DNA of 64,000 nt from Botryllus schlosseri (taxonomy: Eukaryota): contig CM119375.1 of assembly GCA_051294905.1 (NCBI GenBank), positions 10,912,001 to 10,976,000 of the forward strand, written 5' to 3'. Below, piece by piece: positions 47,814 to 61,576 of the stretch (positions are counted from its first letter, which is position 1; each line of letters opens with the position of its first letter). A program made the translations under genes and the position numbers. The notes beneath the pieces are model-generated. The model did not search any database. It worked only from the letters and a program-made list of their open reading frames with translations, and was not told the origin of the DNA.

Positions 47814-50800
47814 ATGAAGATGAAGTTATCCGTAGCTCTTTTGTGTCTCACTACTCTTCATCATATGGAAGCAGCGCCTACCAACACTAAAGGTACGGTG
47901 ACATATTTTGATGAAATAGAAATTCCTGCTTAGTCATATTACCAAGTGTGGTAGATTTTATGACAATAATGAAGTGAGAGAAGCGACTTTTGGATTCGGA
48001 GAACCCTCTGTGCTCTATCCAAGCTTGACTTATTTTGAATGCAATCGCATGTTATTATTTACTGTGTCAGCTGTTGTTCACTGTCTTCACAACCTAAATC
48101 TTTTAAAGTCACCATTCGCCATACTAGATTATGCTAGTATGCCCCTAAGATTCAGTCATCAATAGTGCACCAGAAAATTATTTGTCATTCGCTTTCCCTC
48201 CTTGTGAGTAAGTCAATATTCACATATCTACTGAATTGAATAAATCTATCTAAATCTATATTTTACTATAGGTACCGTAACTCGCATGCATATAGAGACG
48301 CTTACAGGAGCAAGATTATCTGTTCCTTGTTGCATTGATATTTGTACATCGATTTAACCTGATTAATCTATTAGAATTCACAACATTGTCTGTTTCCAAA
48401 ATAACCCTCCTCCCCCTCCCGGTTATTTCCTTCATTTTCTCTCGGCGGGCAACGCGTCTGCTATTTGGCCTCGAATTGTTTATAAAATTTGCGTCATATT
48501 GTACATTGTGAATATTTGGTATTTTTCAACTCTGATCTTTCGATACTGTTCAATTCCTGAGATCGGGATATATACTGATATGTTGCCGCTCCGTTCTTGG
48601 GATTTAAGGCAAGACAATACTTTTTCAGACAAATCCCTAGCCAGCCAATGAGAAGTGTAGTTGTCCCAAAATTTTGATTCAATGCTACCGTCTCGAATCT
48701 TGCTGTGCAGACCCTTTGCCTAAAATTTCACCAATCACCTATTTATTCATCTTCCTCTGTACCCACTCTTTGCATTATTGTATTGCGCAGGGTACATGTG
48801 AGATGTGTTTTTCTGATGTCACCATCAAGCTATTCGTTGCTTCTTCCATACCCAAGCCAGCTTTAGTTCTGGCCGTGATCAATTTGACATTAACGTGCAA
48901 ATTTTACCGTGTGTGTGTTCTTGTTCTCTGATCTCTTGTTTGAACTGCCAATGCAGGTGACCCGGGACTGTCTGGAAGTTTAAGTGACAGCAGCAACGTT
49001 ATACCGCTCACTTCACCTACGCAGTTTGTCCCAAATTCGGAGTTGAAACATCAACGACAAAATGATGCGAGTCATGCAGCGGGCGATAGATTTGATGATG
49101 GCTTAGACACTCCAGTGGACGCACAGCCAAACCGTGATCGGAATATCCCCCAACAGCCGAGGAACAATCCAAACTCGGACTACGATGATGACATTTTACA
49201 ACCCGATTCTGCAAGCAGCCTTCGAGCGAACGATGATCAAACTGCCGACAGTAGCCCGAAATTGAGTAATCCCACCCTCATATCTAACAATCCCGATATT
49301 AAAGGAAACAACAGACGTCCACAACCGGGAATTAACCCAAAGCTAGATGCTCGCAACGTCGACAATTTCCATGACTCGGCTACAGGCAAGCCCGCGATGA
49401 CACTGAAGGATTCTGCTGACGAATCAGAGTCGCAAGATACTGAAAATTTCAACGCTGAAGGACACCCATCTGATGACCAATTTAAATTTGAAGAAGGGTC
49501 ACCCGAAATCAGCCCGAAGCCGATCACTCCGTCACGTACGATTGCAGACGCAAACAACCGCGCTCTTGTTGCCAAGCAATATAGTTCCACTACTCTGATG
49601 AGCCCAACTTCGTTATCCACTACAGGTAAACCTGTAACTAATAGCAATGCAGTGGATAACAGTTATCGTCTAGATTCCGAAGCATCCAATGATGACAATA
49701 GCGAAGTGCCTATCCAACAAGATGATCTCGGGAAGAAGCAAAACGGTGATCTTAGCGAAACAACCAACGCGATCCCGCCAAACACGCTTACCTACATTTC
49801 AAATCTTGTTTCTTCTACTCTTTCACCGACTGTGAAATTATCACCAAAAAGTACCGAGGGACCTAACAACATTCCAAGCACAAGTCTGACTGTTTCTTCT
49901 TCGCCACAGTCGGACAGTGCGGAAGGGGAATTCGGAAACGATGATGAACCTGACCCAGCAAATGATCCCGCGGCTGTTGTAACGATTGCAAAATATGAGT
50001 CTCCGATAACGGCAACCGCCCCTGATCAAAATCCTGCGTCACAGAACCTCACGCTTCCAAACACGATCGGAAATGGCGGCATTCCTGGTACTACAGGTCG
50101 CGATCAATCAGCGATTGATTCTGAACTGTTGCGGAGCACAAAATCACCAGAATCAAAAAGTCTTGAAATGACAAAAGCTGGTATCGTACCGGCGGTATCA
50201 AATACTTCAGATACCCAAAATATTGATGTCGATAAATTTTCAGTCAGACCTGCGCATGAAGATGACTCGGAAGATGTCAATATTGCTACAACAGATTCAG
50301 ACTTTCAAAACGTTGTCTCTTCTACTGATACTGTCGCTGAACTTGCAACATCTTCAATCAAGCAGCAGCTTGCTTTTACCGAGGGATTGAAATCATCTCA
50401 ACCTGAGACTAGCTCGCCCAAAGTGCTTCCAGATGATACCGTTGAAGAAACTACACAATCTCTGATATTGTCCACTACAGCGTCACGAGTCACCACTTTA
50501 TCTTCGGAATCAGCCAAATCGTCAACTACAACATCCACATTGTCCACAATTACCACTTCAACTCCTGTCACCAAAAAAGGAAAGGCAAATACCAAGTCAA
50601 CCACTAGTTCAACTACGCTGTCTTCTACTTCCACGAAACTACTGTCTGCTACCAAAGAACCAAGTGTATCAAAAGATGAGAAAATAGAGCACACCAGGTG
50701 GGTTTACACTTCCCATTATCACGTTACCGTTCACACCGAGTAATATTGCTCCCCTGAGAAATGTTGCTGTGTTATAACAGGAGTTCTCAATCAATTTTAG

Positions 50801-53800
50801 CGTCAACCTCCAAATCATTTTGGGTGTTTGCGTCAAACCCTTGACAGTGAAATCTGGGGAAGATGATGACTAAAAAAAGAATCAGCTTCGCCGACCCTAA
50901 TCATGGCCCATCACTTTTGTTCCACCCCCCTGACGGCCTGATTACTGGTTGGAGACTTGAGTGCAATTATTAGTGTTTGTATAATTTGACGAGCACTGAG
51001 CATATGCAAATTGAAGACACAAGTCAAAAATAAAGACATATCTTACAATTAAGAACATTTATTGTTATTATTGTAATTTCAACATTGGCCTGCCATGGAC
51101 CTCAGATTGAAAATCAATGCGTTAGATGCTGGAGAAATATAGCAATTGAAACCTTACAGGTGCTCCTTTTAATTCATTTCAAGTACCCTTTGATGAAGAG
51201 AATCCATTACATATTTACCCCCAGACAGGTTACATTATGAAGAGCACTTGACCTTGCATCAATACATTTGTACCTGTAGATTTTGGCATGCAGCCATCTA
51301 AACTCTATTTTTGTTTTAGAAAACGGCCAGTTTTGATTACTGAAGGCGGCCGTGAGCATGAGCCTTTGTCGGATGATCAATCTGCAGAAGCAGTCAGCCA
51401 AATTGCTACTGGTGATTACCTTGCTTTCTGTACTCGTATTATCACTGTTGTACACCTATACTACCAGTATCACCACATTATATGTTTGTTTGTGCATTGA
51501 AGCAATCCTGCCCTGAGTGTGTGTGCTATTGCAACACACAATTTATCTGGTTTCGATAAGATATTATTTTTGATTGTGCTATTCCACCCCCATACAATAT
51601 CGTGATTATGATGTATAAATACTCCCGCCATGCCATATGCATATGGTCTAGATTTATCATAGCTCGTTGATTTTGTTCCCCAGGTGCTATATCATATTCA
51701 ATGTTTGAATTTTCAGATGCAAGCCAAACTTCATCAGACGAAAGTGGAAGTACTGCAAGGAATGGAGGTACAGCCATTTATGAATGCTGATATATTTTCG
51801 TTCACACCATACTTGTTTCATACTGTGAAGTGAGAAGATGGTTATCAAGTTTGATAGTGGTCATAGCAGCCACTTAATCATGAGAATACTGTGTTTGTGT
51901 TTCCATCCAATACGATTTGCATTTGCCATTGATGCGTCAACTGCTTTTTGAATGGTGATGGTCTCATACTGTCCTTCAAATCAACCACCAATGATAAGTT
52001 GACACTTCAATTGCTTAAGAAGGAACTGGTTTGAAAAGTTATGCATACGAAATATACACTCAAATACAGGATTGTAATGACTCGAGTCAATTTGTGTATT
52101 GACTAGACTCGAACCAAGTCATATGATCCCAGACTAGGATGGCTAAAACAGACATAATATTGTAGCTTCGAAGAATAGTAAAGTCCCCGCATTATAGGTA
52201 TTTCGCCTATCTGCCAAGATACTTGGAAAATGTGGTCAGAAACTGTTGCTGACGAGAATTATGATATTATGAAGGCACGCCATTCTATATCACTCGAGCA
52301 GAGTTGAAAGAAGTAGTTTGAACTGGATTGAAGTCAAAACTGAACAGTGAACACAATGACTCGGACTCGAGTCGCAACACTATGACGCTCCACTCACTGA
52401 CTTGGACTCTGTGGTGAATTGAAAATGACTCGACTTGACTCCAGTCCAAACTGTAAAATTGAGATTGATTTGTGATTATGAACGTTGTGACTTGGCACTT
52501 GGTTACAACCCTGCTCAAATAGCAATCTTTGCGTTTTATTATGACTGTGCCAATGTACTTTTCTTTACGAATGAATTAATTGAATTGCGTTGCTTAACTC
52601 TGCAGGCACTCGATAGACGTCAAACCTTTCCTAGCAATGGTTATTGGCGCACTGTAACGATCAAGACAACTTTTTCTTGCTGCATTCCGCATTTAAATTT
52701 CCCCAAAGGTCGCGAGTTATATTTTCAGTGCATGTCTTTGCTTCACAGGTACTCCAAGTAGTCAGTGCTGCTGCTAAAGTAGAAGTAGAAGTAACGCCGA
52801 TAATTTCTACTCTATTACAAGTATAAGTATTAATTTCTGAGATGTTAAGATCACTCAACGTGGGAGTAGAAAATGGGAGGTATTAAAAGTAGCCAAGTAA
52901 AAGTAGCTTCGAAAAGAATATTTGTTCGCATATTTATGGCAGGCGGCTGGATCAGTGGTTCTCAACCTGATTGTCTTCGCGGACCCCCTTTGGACCGTCT
53001 TGGAAACTCCAATTTTAGTTCAAATTTAGCTCTATTACCGTGCAACCGTCATCTGGCTTGTGCGAATATTAACTGGAGGCTAGTGCTAAACAGCAGCAAA
53101 ATGACCTTTCTTGAAATTAGCATCGTACCATTTATGTAGAAATTGGGAAGACATTTATTATTTTGAAGCGAATTCTGTGGCTGCATTTCTTGAAATACAC
53201 TGCCGTGTCTTGAGAATCAGCGCCGTCGATTTGACATGAACGAGTGCTGAAATTCTATTAATCTCCATAAAGATAGTTGCTGACGGATGCAATAATAACA
53301 CGTGATGCTTTCAACGACACATTTGGGTCTGATCGCAACATACATGGCACCAACATCATCATCATTTTATTAATATAATGCCCAGCCTAGTCATTTGTAT
53401 GTAGTAGCTCATCTTGAAGTTATTTTGGAATAGGGGTTATGGTTATGTATATCATAGGAGAAAATGTTTTTTTTTGCAAGCAGATTTATTCCGAAACCCC
53501 CAAAAAACGTGTCTAAACAGCAATATGCTTGTATCAGTAGGCTATTGGCAATTTGGTGATAAAAATGAGTTTGCGCAGTAGAATATTTTGTCTCAGACGG
53601 CCATTCTGTTTACGTGAGTGCTCAAGTTTTTGCATTTATTACGCGAAACTGCTTTGTGATTTCTCTAATTAAAAAAATATAGATATTAGGTTATCACTAA
53701 GGCAAGTTTTTGCAACTTTTACAACTTTTTTTTACAGCTTCCGACAGCTTTCTAGATACTCGAAAACTATTTACTATGATGTTTCAAGCTGTTTGGAGGG

Positions 53801-56473
53801 TTTTTATAGTGCAACTTTTCTCTATTTTTCATGCCAATTTTTACTGCAACTTTTATCGAATAATGCGTTAAAATGTAACAGAGTAATTTAAAAACATGCT
53901 ATAAACCATTTCTAGTATGGTTTTATTCTCTTTGATTTGCAAAACAAAGATCTGTATGATGGGTTAGCTGCATCTCACTGTTATCTATAACACAATGGCA
54001 GTTCAACTACCCCTGCCAAGCACGACCGTGCCCGAACAATATGGAAATAGATTGCTTTATTAATTCCGTCGTTCAAATTTGAAATAGTTTCATATTTCAC
54101 GAGCGCCCAGGCGAGACTGCCGAAAATTACATTTTCACTGAGTCACCTTTTTCAGGCTATTGCCTTTGAAAAGTCACAGAGACTGCGTTTATCTGTAATG
54201 CCTTGGGTCAAGTTCGCAGACCTAGGGAGTTCGGGATGTGTTATTTGACTTGTTTTAAGGGAAGGGGTTATCGCTATGCTGTTTGGTTTCTGGGGGAAAT
54301 TTTTCCCGCATTGCGCAATTTTCTTGGTATGTGCCGGAAAAAATGTGATTTTTGGCCGTTTCGTCAGACCGTGCGATAAATGGCAATAAAGTTGAGAAAT
54401 TTGACAGCTCTGCTGGAAGTAGGTTATACAACGGAACCTTTCGAGTATCTCATACCCTAATAATTTGACAAAAATTATAAATGCAACTTTTGTTAAAATT
54501 GAATGCATCTTTCCCGCGATTTTAGTGCAACAAAAACTTGCCCTAGCCCTTGCCCCCAACTTAGTATTGGCTTGATTTCAAAACCCAACCTAGTCTACTC
54601 TGCTTTACAGACTTGATTTCGCAAGTCAAGGATATGGTCGTGAGTACTCTAACAACAAATCTTCCAACCGTCTTGCATTGACGAAACGTTGATCTTTTCA
54701 GGGTCAGGTTGAACCGTTTTACATCGCACTGACTGTTCTGATCATGATCGCTGTTCTGGTGCCGACCTGCTGCATTTGTTGCAAGTGGTGCTCCAGGCGA
54801 AGAGGCGGAATCCGGCACAGACGTCTCAAAGTACATGCTGTAATTTTGTTGTACAACACTTCCTGTCCTGACTATTGGCTTCGGTGACCTGAACGCTTTC
54901 ATGTTATTGTCGTTCGTGGGGAGAGTCGAGAGATGATCCCAAGTAGTCCTCGATGTGCTACAAACGTAGAAGCAGAGTTTAAATCTATTCCAAAGTACAA
55001 GTACGAGAAGGAATGTCCAAAGCGTAAAAAATATGTATAGTAGCAAAAAGAAGTTTAGTACGGCACTGTTGCTGACCACCTCTAATATTAGAATGGTTAC
55101 CAGCAATGTTCCCTCTAATTTTTCATGAGACTGCGCAAACTCACTAAACTCGCTTTGCGGCCCCTCGGCCACGGCTGGACTCCCGATTTACCCGCATTTT
55201 TCCGGTAATGCGTAGTGTTGACCAACTCCCGACTTCACCGAATTTCGCAAAACTCTGACGTTAGCTGCGCCGGACTAGAGTGTTTTATCGCATTTTAATA
55301 GAATTTCTACAACAAGAGATGGTGTTGCTTCATCTGATTACGAATTACTCACTACAAATTAGTGATGTACATTTATACATCTGAAATGGTCGTCAATTTG
55401 GTCTGATGATCATCAGTGCCTTCTGCGAAAGATACAGTGATTATTTTTTTTGAACCACAAGTGGATTTTTTTGTGCATGGCACACAACACAACAATTTTT
55501 TCTTTCAAATTTCACTGGCTACGTGATAAAATTATTATGTTTGCTAAGACAACACTTCAGATCCAATTTGGCTCAATTCCAGCCAGTAGAAGCGAGATTT
55601 GGCGCGCATCATCTCTACTGACAGCCTAACAATTTTATGGGGCAGGCAGAGAAAACTTGAAATTTTATTTTCTATTTTTTATATGACAAATTCAAAATTT
55701 TCTACTGCAAGAATCTCGCTTCTACTGGTTGGAATTGAGCCAATTTTGGTATGCAGCGTTGTTTTAGCCAACATAATAATTTTATCACGTAGCCAGTGAA
55801 ATTTGAAAGAAAATATTGTTTTTGAACAGCCCTAGCGTGCACAGAGGCAACATTGGTTACCAGTAAACTCGGCACTTGGCAACCCCTAATCCTTGCCTCA
55901 AACTATTGCTACCATAACCTCTAACTTTAAACCTAACTTAACCCGAATGCACTAATTCATACACCTTCATACCAAGTGCCAAATTCACCAAATGATGAAT
56001 TCACAAAGTACCGTATAAGGGACTAACTCAATTCACGCTCGTATCATTCCAATATTTATGCATCGATTTCACATAGTAGTTATTATATTTCCGATACCAA
56101 ATTCAACAAGTGCCGAACTCAACATGCCGAATGTACTAGCCATCATTGCAACAACCCTTGAATCTGTGTAGGTGACAAACTGTATTGTTTTTACCGTTGA
56201 TTATAATCTGTGTTCAACGTGAAGTTATTTCATATCCGGCCTGAATGTTTAGCATGCTAAAAATCGGATACTCCTACACTGAATTTTCAATTCCATCTGA
56301 ATTACAGGAATACGGAAAAGAGAAGGAGTTCTTACTGAGAGAACGTGGGAAGGTAAGGACAGGCTGAGATTAGTTTTTGTTGTGATAACACTATTATTGT
56401 ATTGTTATAGGCAAGCAAATACAGCAACGACAGCGTAACACTACTTGAGGGATCTTCTGAAGACGAATTTTAA
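47814..56473 (+). CDS. ARMH4: Type I mucin-like membrane protein (742 aa) with an ARMH4/C14orf37-like TM and tail. Exons 47814-47892, 48957-50697, 51320-51411, 51717-51767, 54611-54639, 54702-54830, 56308-56352, 56411-56473
   Basis: Signal peptide MKMKLSVALLCLTTLHHMEA; S/T/D/P-rich ectodomain; TM FYIALTVLIMIAVLVPT followed by CCICC; tail RRRGGIRHRRLK...NDSVTLLEGSSEDEF*, against the remembered vertebrate ARMH4 end RRRRNGFKRHKRK...QDRVMLLADSSEDEF. GT-AG phases are consistent (2229 nt). The small middle exons are less certain. Confidence 0.72.
52067..52513. mobile_element. hAT MITE (GACTC/GAGTC repeats) in an intron
   Basis: TIR caggattgtaa / ttacaaccctg; perfect TSD ctcaaata. Confidence 0.9.
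52953..53700. mobile_element. hAT MITE family A, truncated inverted copy
   Basis: Starts cagtggttctcaacc; interior matches 58801-59647 and rc of 3278-4105; second TIR not found. Confidence 0.75.
55104..55855. mobile_element. Family C MITE enlarged by nested sequence
   Basis: Ends caatgttccctctaa / gaggcaacattg; perfect TSD gttaccag. Confidence 0.85.
55491..55820. repeat. Long inverted repeat (foldback), ~109-bp arms with a ~112-bp spacer
   Basis: 55491-55599 is the near-perfect reverse complement of 55712-55820. Confidence 0.85.
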
Positions 56474-58456
56474 ATTCCCCTCTCGGCCGGTCGAGGCTTA
56501 CACCATTAGAATCCTATCAATAGAAAATTGAAATGGTCAGCCCATAATGCATACTGAAGGATCGAGTGTGAGTGTGCAATACATCATTGAACTAAGGTTT
56601 TATTGTTGCAAGTTTCATATAAATCGTGTGTATTCGTCCATAACTGCTAGTGTTGTAATCATGATGGTAATTCAAGTGTTTTTAACGCATTTTTGCTTTT
56701 TCTGTACAGTATTCTGACCCAGTGTGCAGGCTTCAATCGATCTATTTTTTTAATGTAATCAATGTTATCAAAACGGAATACTTATTCTGTAGCACTCTTC
56801 TGTATTATCTCGCTTCCCATCAGTGTAACAGTAGTGATTATATTTGTGCATCATGTATGGAGCAACGGAATCCCGTATTTTTGGCATGGCTTTTTATTCC
56901 GTTTAAATTAACACATGTGTTATTCGTCCAAGTGCCAGCTGTACAACCGCAATTTGTTTTAGTCGTAGCTTCCACACTGTTGCCAAGTCTCAGCTTTATG
57001 CTGGCCAGAGAAGTTTAAAATGGGCAGCCTTGACTGATTAATAGAACTATTTTCTCAATGAGAAAATCAATGGATATTTTCCTTATCGCAAGCAGGTTGC
57101 ACCCTTGTTGAATGGTAGGCTACACTTCGCAGTGATGCTGGCTCTCAATTTGGGTATTGGCTATGCTGTTAATTCGTATCTAAGCCTTTCATACACGGAA
57201 TATCCGGTTTCTAAACTGGCGATATGATTCCTTTTACATTTTTCAAATATTCCTTACAAGTCAAATTTTGAAAGCAACGCGGCCTTAGCATGAAGCGTAA
57301 TAGCTCGATTGCCAGCCTGTGATGGAAAATGCACACATGTACCCTGTGGAGTACACTCATTCCACTGTACCGGGCGATTTGAAGGATTTATGTGGATTTC
57401 GTGTCCTGTTACAGACCATTTTCTGCACAGCCTGAAGCTTACTCGCAAGAGGTATTGTGTAATCACTGTGCTTCAGATAATACATTGGTGATGACCTTTT
57501 GAACAATCCATTCTTTTCAATAATCGCAGAGGTATTGAAGTCTAGGCGTACGTGTTATCACCTTTTCTGTGTTACACATTTGGACAGCATGTATATGATC
57601 TCACGGTCTATTTATTGAACAGTGGTCTCGAAATAAGAATTTGTGCCCCACAGCAAAGTTGCCACGGTCACCTGCCTGGTGTTATGTCGGGAAGAGGAAC
57701 CATGACCCGTCAAATTTCGATTCAGGCAGTGTAACATTATCGTGTTGGTTATGTCACAAACAATCCACGACGCGATGTCATTGTGGGAATTATTTTTTAC
57801 CCTCCAAAATTTTCATCCTGGATTCGCCATTGACAGCTGGTGCAACTAAAGAGAAAAATCTGCTGTCTCAAGACGCATCAATTAGGGTTTATAGGCAAAA
57901 CCGTATTTATTCTCAATTCGTCTTGCAATAACGTGACAAAATCGAGACTTCTGTTTGATCATAATTATTGCCTTTGCCACAGTTGCACATGCTGTTTTCT
58001 TTTTTTCAGTAAGCCAGTACTCTTCATATTTATAGAATTGCTTTTTAGATTTAGCCTTGTCGCTCTGTACCAAATTACTATTGAGGGTATTATTTGTACC
58101 ACATTTATCCTACGTGTCTATGGAGTCGCATTGCTTTTTAGTCGTCTTTTTGCAGTTCGCACTGTTGCTATTACCTGTTGTAAATGAGGTTCCATTATAT
58201 GAAAACGAAAGTGAATTTGTGTTGTCCGAATGCACTAGATCAGAATAAGCAAGAAGTTTGAATTCCGTGATATCGCTATTTGGAGTGGTAATGGTAGATT
58301 AATCCACTGCCATCGACAAGAGAAACCGCGGTATCAAGTCTTGTCTATAGCATGTTTCCAAGTATCTTAAGATGATCTGGGCTCCATCCCCCACGTCACT
58401 TACTGTTCTCACAATATGTTAGCAAAATAGCACGGAAAGACCCGGGAAGAAGGATC

Positions 58457-60110
58457 AGGAGGTGGTCACAGTGGTCAAGAAAGCTACTCAAGTATAGTGG
58501 CTCAAAATTCTACTCAAATGCGAGTAGAATTCTTTTTGAAGCAGCCCAAAACTACTACAAGTTGAAGTAGAATTTGTTGGCTTTGGGAACTAGTTAAGTA
58601 AGTAGGTAGTTTGAAAATCATCTAATAAATACACTCACATGGACCGCTGGATTTGTGTTGTTATATCCCTGGAGATATATTTTTTCAACAGCGCGGTGGT
58701 TCTGGACCTTTTCATGCTAGCGCACCAGCGGATACTACATTGTCGCTTCGCGCAAAAAGGCAGGTATCTGAAAATATGATAGATTGTAATTATTCTAAAC
58801 CGACGGTTCTCAACCTTTTTGTATTTACGGACCCCGCCTTTTGGACCATCACGGACCCCCGCGGATCCCCCGAAGTTTTAGTTCAAATTTAGGTCAATTA
58901 TCGTGCAATCGTGATCTGTCTTGTGAAAATGGTATCTGTAGACTAGTAATAAACAGCAACAAAGTGACTTTTCTTGAAAATAACATACCATTTATGCAGA
59001 AATTGGGTTGTCTTTTATTATTTGGAAGTGAATTTTGCAACGGCATTCTTCAAAATACGTCGTCGTGTCTTGAAAATCCTCGCCTTTGATTTGTTACTAA
59101 CGACAGTGCCGAAAATCCATTTCCGCAAAGATAGGTGATGGCGAATGTAATAATAACGCGTAACGCTTCCGACGACACATTTGGGTATGATCGCAACAAA
59201 TATGGCACTAAAATTCAGTAACATTTTTTTAATGAACAATGATTGAACATATTACGTCAAACCTGGTCATTTCTATCAGGCAGCTCATCTTGAAGTTATT
59301 ACGGAAAATAGTTATGAATATCGCAGGAGAATATGGAATTTTGTAAACATTTCGAAGTCACCGTGATTGACATTACTAATCCAACTATATATTTTTATTT
59401 TATCCACAATCCCCAACGAAATATCTCTAAACAGCAAAATAGTAGGCTTGGAAATTTAGCAATTAAAATGTGTCTGCACAGTAGCATATTTCATATGTGA
59501 CGGCCATTCTGTTGGTGTGAGTTCTGTAGTTTTACTGGTAAGGAAGCGAAACTGCTGCGTGATTTTCCTAATTTATAAAATACAATTCAGTGTATCAACA
59601 ACTTTGTAAATTTAGATGCTTCGCGGACCCCCGGTTGAGAACCACTGTTCTAAACGTTTTCATCAGCTTTATTTACTGTGATGAATACAATCTGACGATT
59701 ATTGCATATTGATGAAGCTGTCGGGCCATTATGCAGCCTGAAATTGTTCACATCGTACGCAGCCGGTATAGAAATGATATTGACGGATACTTTCGTGAAA
59801 AAGTATTGGACACTCCATGCATGCTTCGCACAAAGCACGACGAAAATTTTGGACTCTTCGCGAAAGCAGCCGCTCAATTTCTCCGTCTCGGTCTCTCTAT
59901 CTCTCTCATGATCTACCACTTGTAGCCTACTTGACAGACTGTGAATAGCGAAAAGTATGTAAGTCACATAATATGACTAGCAAGTAGACGTAAAAGTAGA
60001 TGAAAACTAGATGTACTTGAGTAGAGTACTGTAAGCAGTGGAAAACTACTTGGGTAAGTGATACCACCAAAGGAAAACTACTTGAGTACTTCGAAAGAGT
60101 AGAATCATAG
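58457..60110. mobile_element. Decayed family D copy hosting the 58801-59647 MITE
   Basis: gaggtggtca...gtggtcaagaaagctactcaagta at the left end; aaactacttgagtacttc at the right end. Boundaries approximate. Confidence 0.5.
58801..59647. mobile_element. hAT MITE family A, inverted copy
   Basis: Ends cgacggttctcaacc / ggttgagaaccactg; perfect TSD ttctaaac. Confidence 0.9.
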
Positions 60111-61576
60111 CAATTTACAACCTAGCTACGTTGTAAATTGCTATGGTAGAATTGTTCGTAACTAACCATCTCTTTGGAGGACGATCACAAGTGAGCAACT
60201 GAAAGAGCGGTTAAAGCATTAAAAGGGAGCTAGAGTTCAAGAATGAATATGGGGCGCTGATGCATTGCTGCACCTTATTTTATGTTTTGATTGAGATTCT
60301 GTTCAATAAAAACTGTCAGTCTGTGCAATGAGGGCAGGGCAGGGCATAGCAGCTACTAGGACTAGACCGATTTGGGTGTGAGATCATAACCGTTTTCCGT
60401 AACTGCTCTGTTCATCACATCGCATTGTTAATTGGGTGTCTTGAGCGGATGAAAATAATAGAACCGACGTTGTCAATAATACAATTCCTGCACATTTTAT
60501 ATCGCGAGAGTGAGATTTGTTCTGTATATTCCTTTGCAACAACATCGGCGAATTCGTTGGAGCGAAACATTGTGTGACGTATTTTATGTCAGCTGCAAAT
60601 TTCTGGCAGCAATCACCGTAGGAATCGTTTAGTTTGCAGTTGAACCGTGTGAACGGATTCAACGAGATTGTTTCTGTATGATGGGATCGTAATAATTGGA
60701 TAACTTCAACGCTGTTTATTGTCTGAAGAGAGTGGAAAAATACTGAAACTGAAAAGTAAGTAATTTATACCTATTGATTTTTTTCAATGTAAACAATAGT
60801 GTGTTCGTGTGGTGTAATTGGTGTTGGTGTTAGTGTTGTGACTGTGAGACGAGTATTGGTATGGATTCTGGTGTGAGTTGTTCAGTGTGCTGTGTACCTG
60901 GTTGCGGTATAAATAGTTGGATTGAAAATTTTCAACTTACCTACTGTGTCGAAATCGGCAGAAGTATGTGAACAACCATACTGGAAACTGTAGAGGTCCT
61001 TCTATTCTATATAAGCTATGGAACACATACCACGGATGGACGTGGTACTGGTCTGGTATGATTCCTCGAGTGAGATCATGCTCGCCTGCGGCAGGTGGCC
61101 TGCCAGTGTATCTACATCTATATATTTCTATTTCTACAATTTCTACAACATAATATTATCAATATTATGTAACTACAAAATCGGTATGTTGCTACGAATC
61201 TTGTAGATCAAGTCAATTCATGTCATAGCCAACTCTCGAATGGCATGTAAGAAGTGAGGATGAATGAACACCAGAACTCCTATGAATATTTTCACAGCGA
61301 AATGACACAATTGATTTTTATTGCACAATGGGTAATCTGTGCTCACATTTTATTGTGTGGCTTAGTTGAACTGATTGCAGTATATTGGTTTCAGTTCAAT
61401 ATAACCATTGCATTGTATATATAATCAATATCAATTCAATTTTCTTTTTGTCTGAAGACCTATTCTGTCTGGGCAGCCTTGTCCTTTTTCTTGTTCTGAA
61501 TCACATCAATTTAAAATGTTTTGTGCAATTTATCATTAATAGAAACACTCTTCTTTTTCATAGACACTCCAGAGCT

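Noticed and set aside
49237-50694. Minus-strand ORFs of 136, 62 and 98 aa
   Set aside because: They are antisense shadows of the mucin exon.
54561-55172. 203-aa minus-strand ORF with an apparent TM segment
   Set aside because: Its start lies in a family C MITE, the hydrophobic stretch is a decayed CTACTT-rich family D end, and the rest is antisense to the real TM exons on +.
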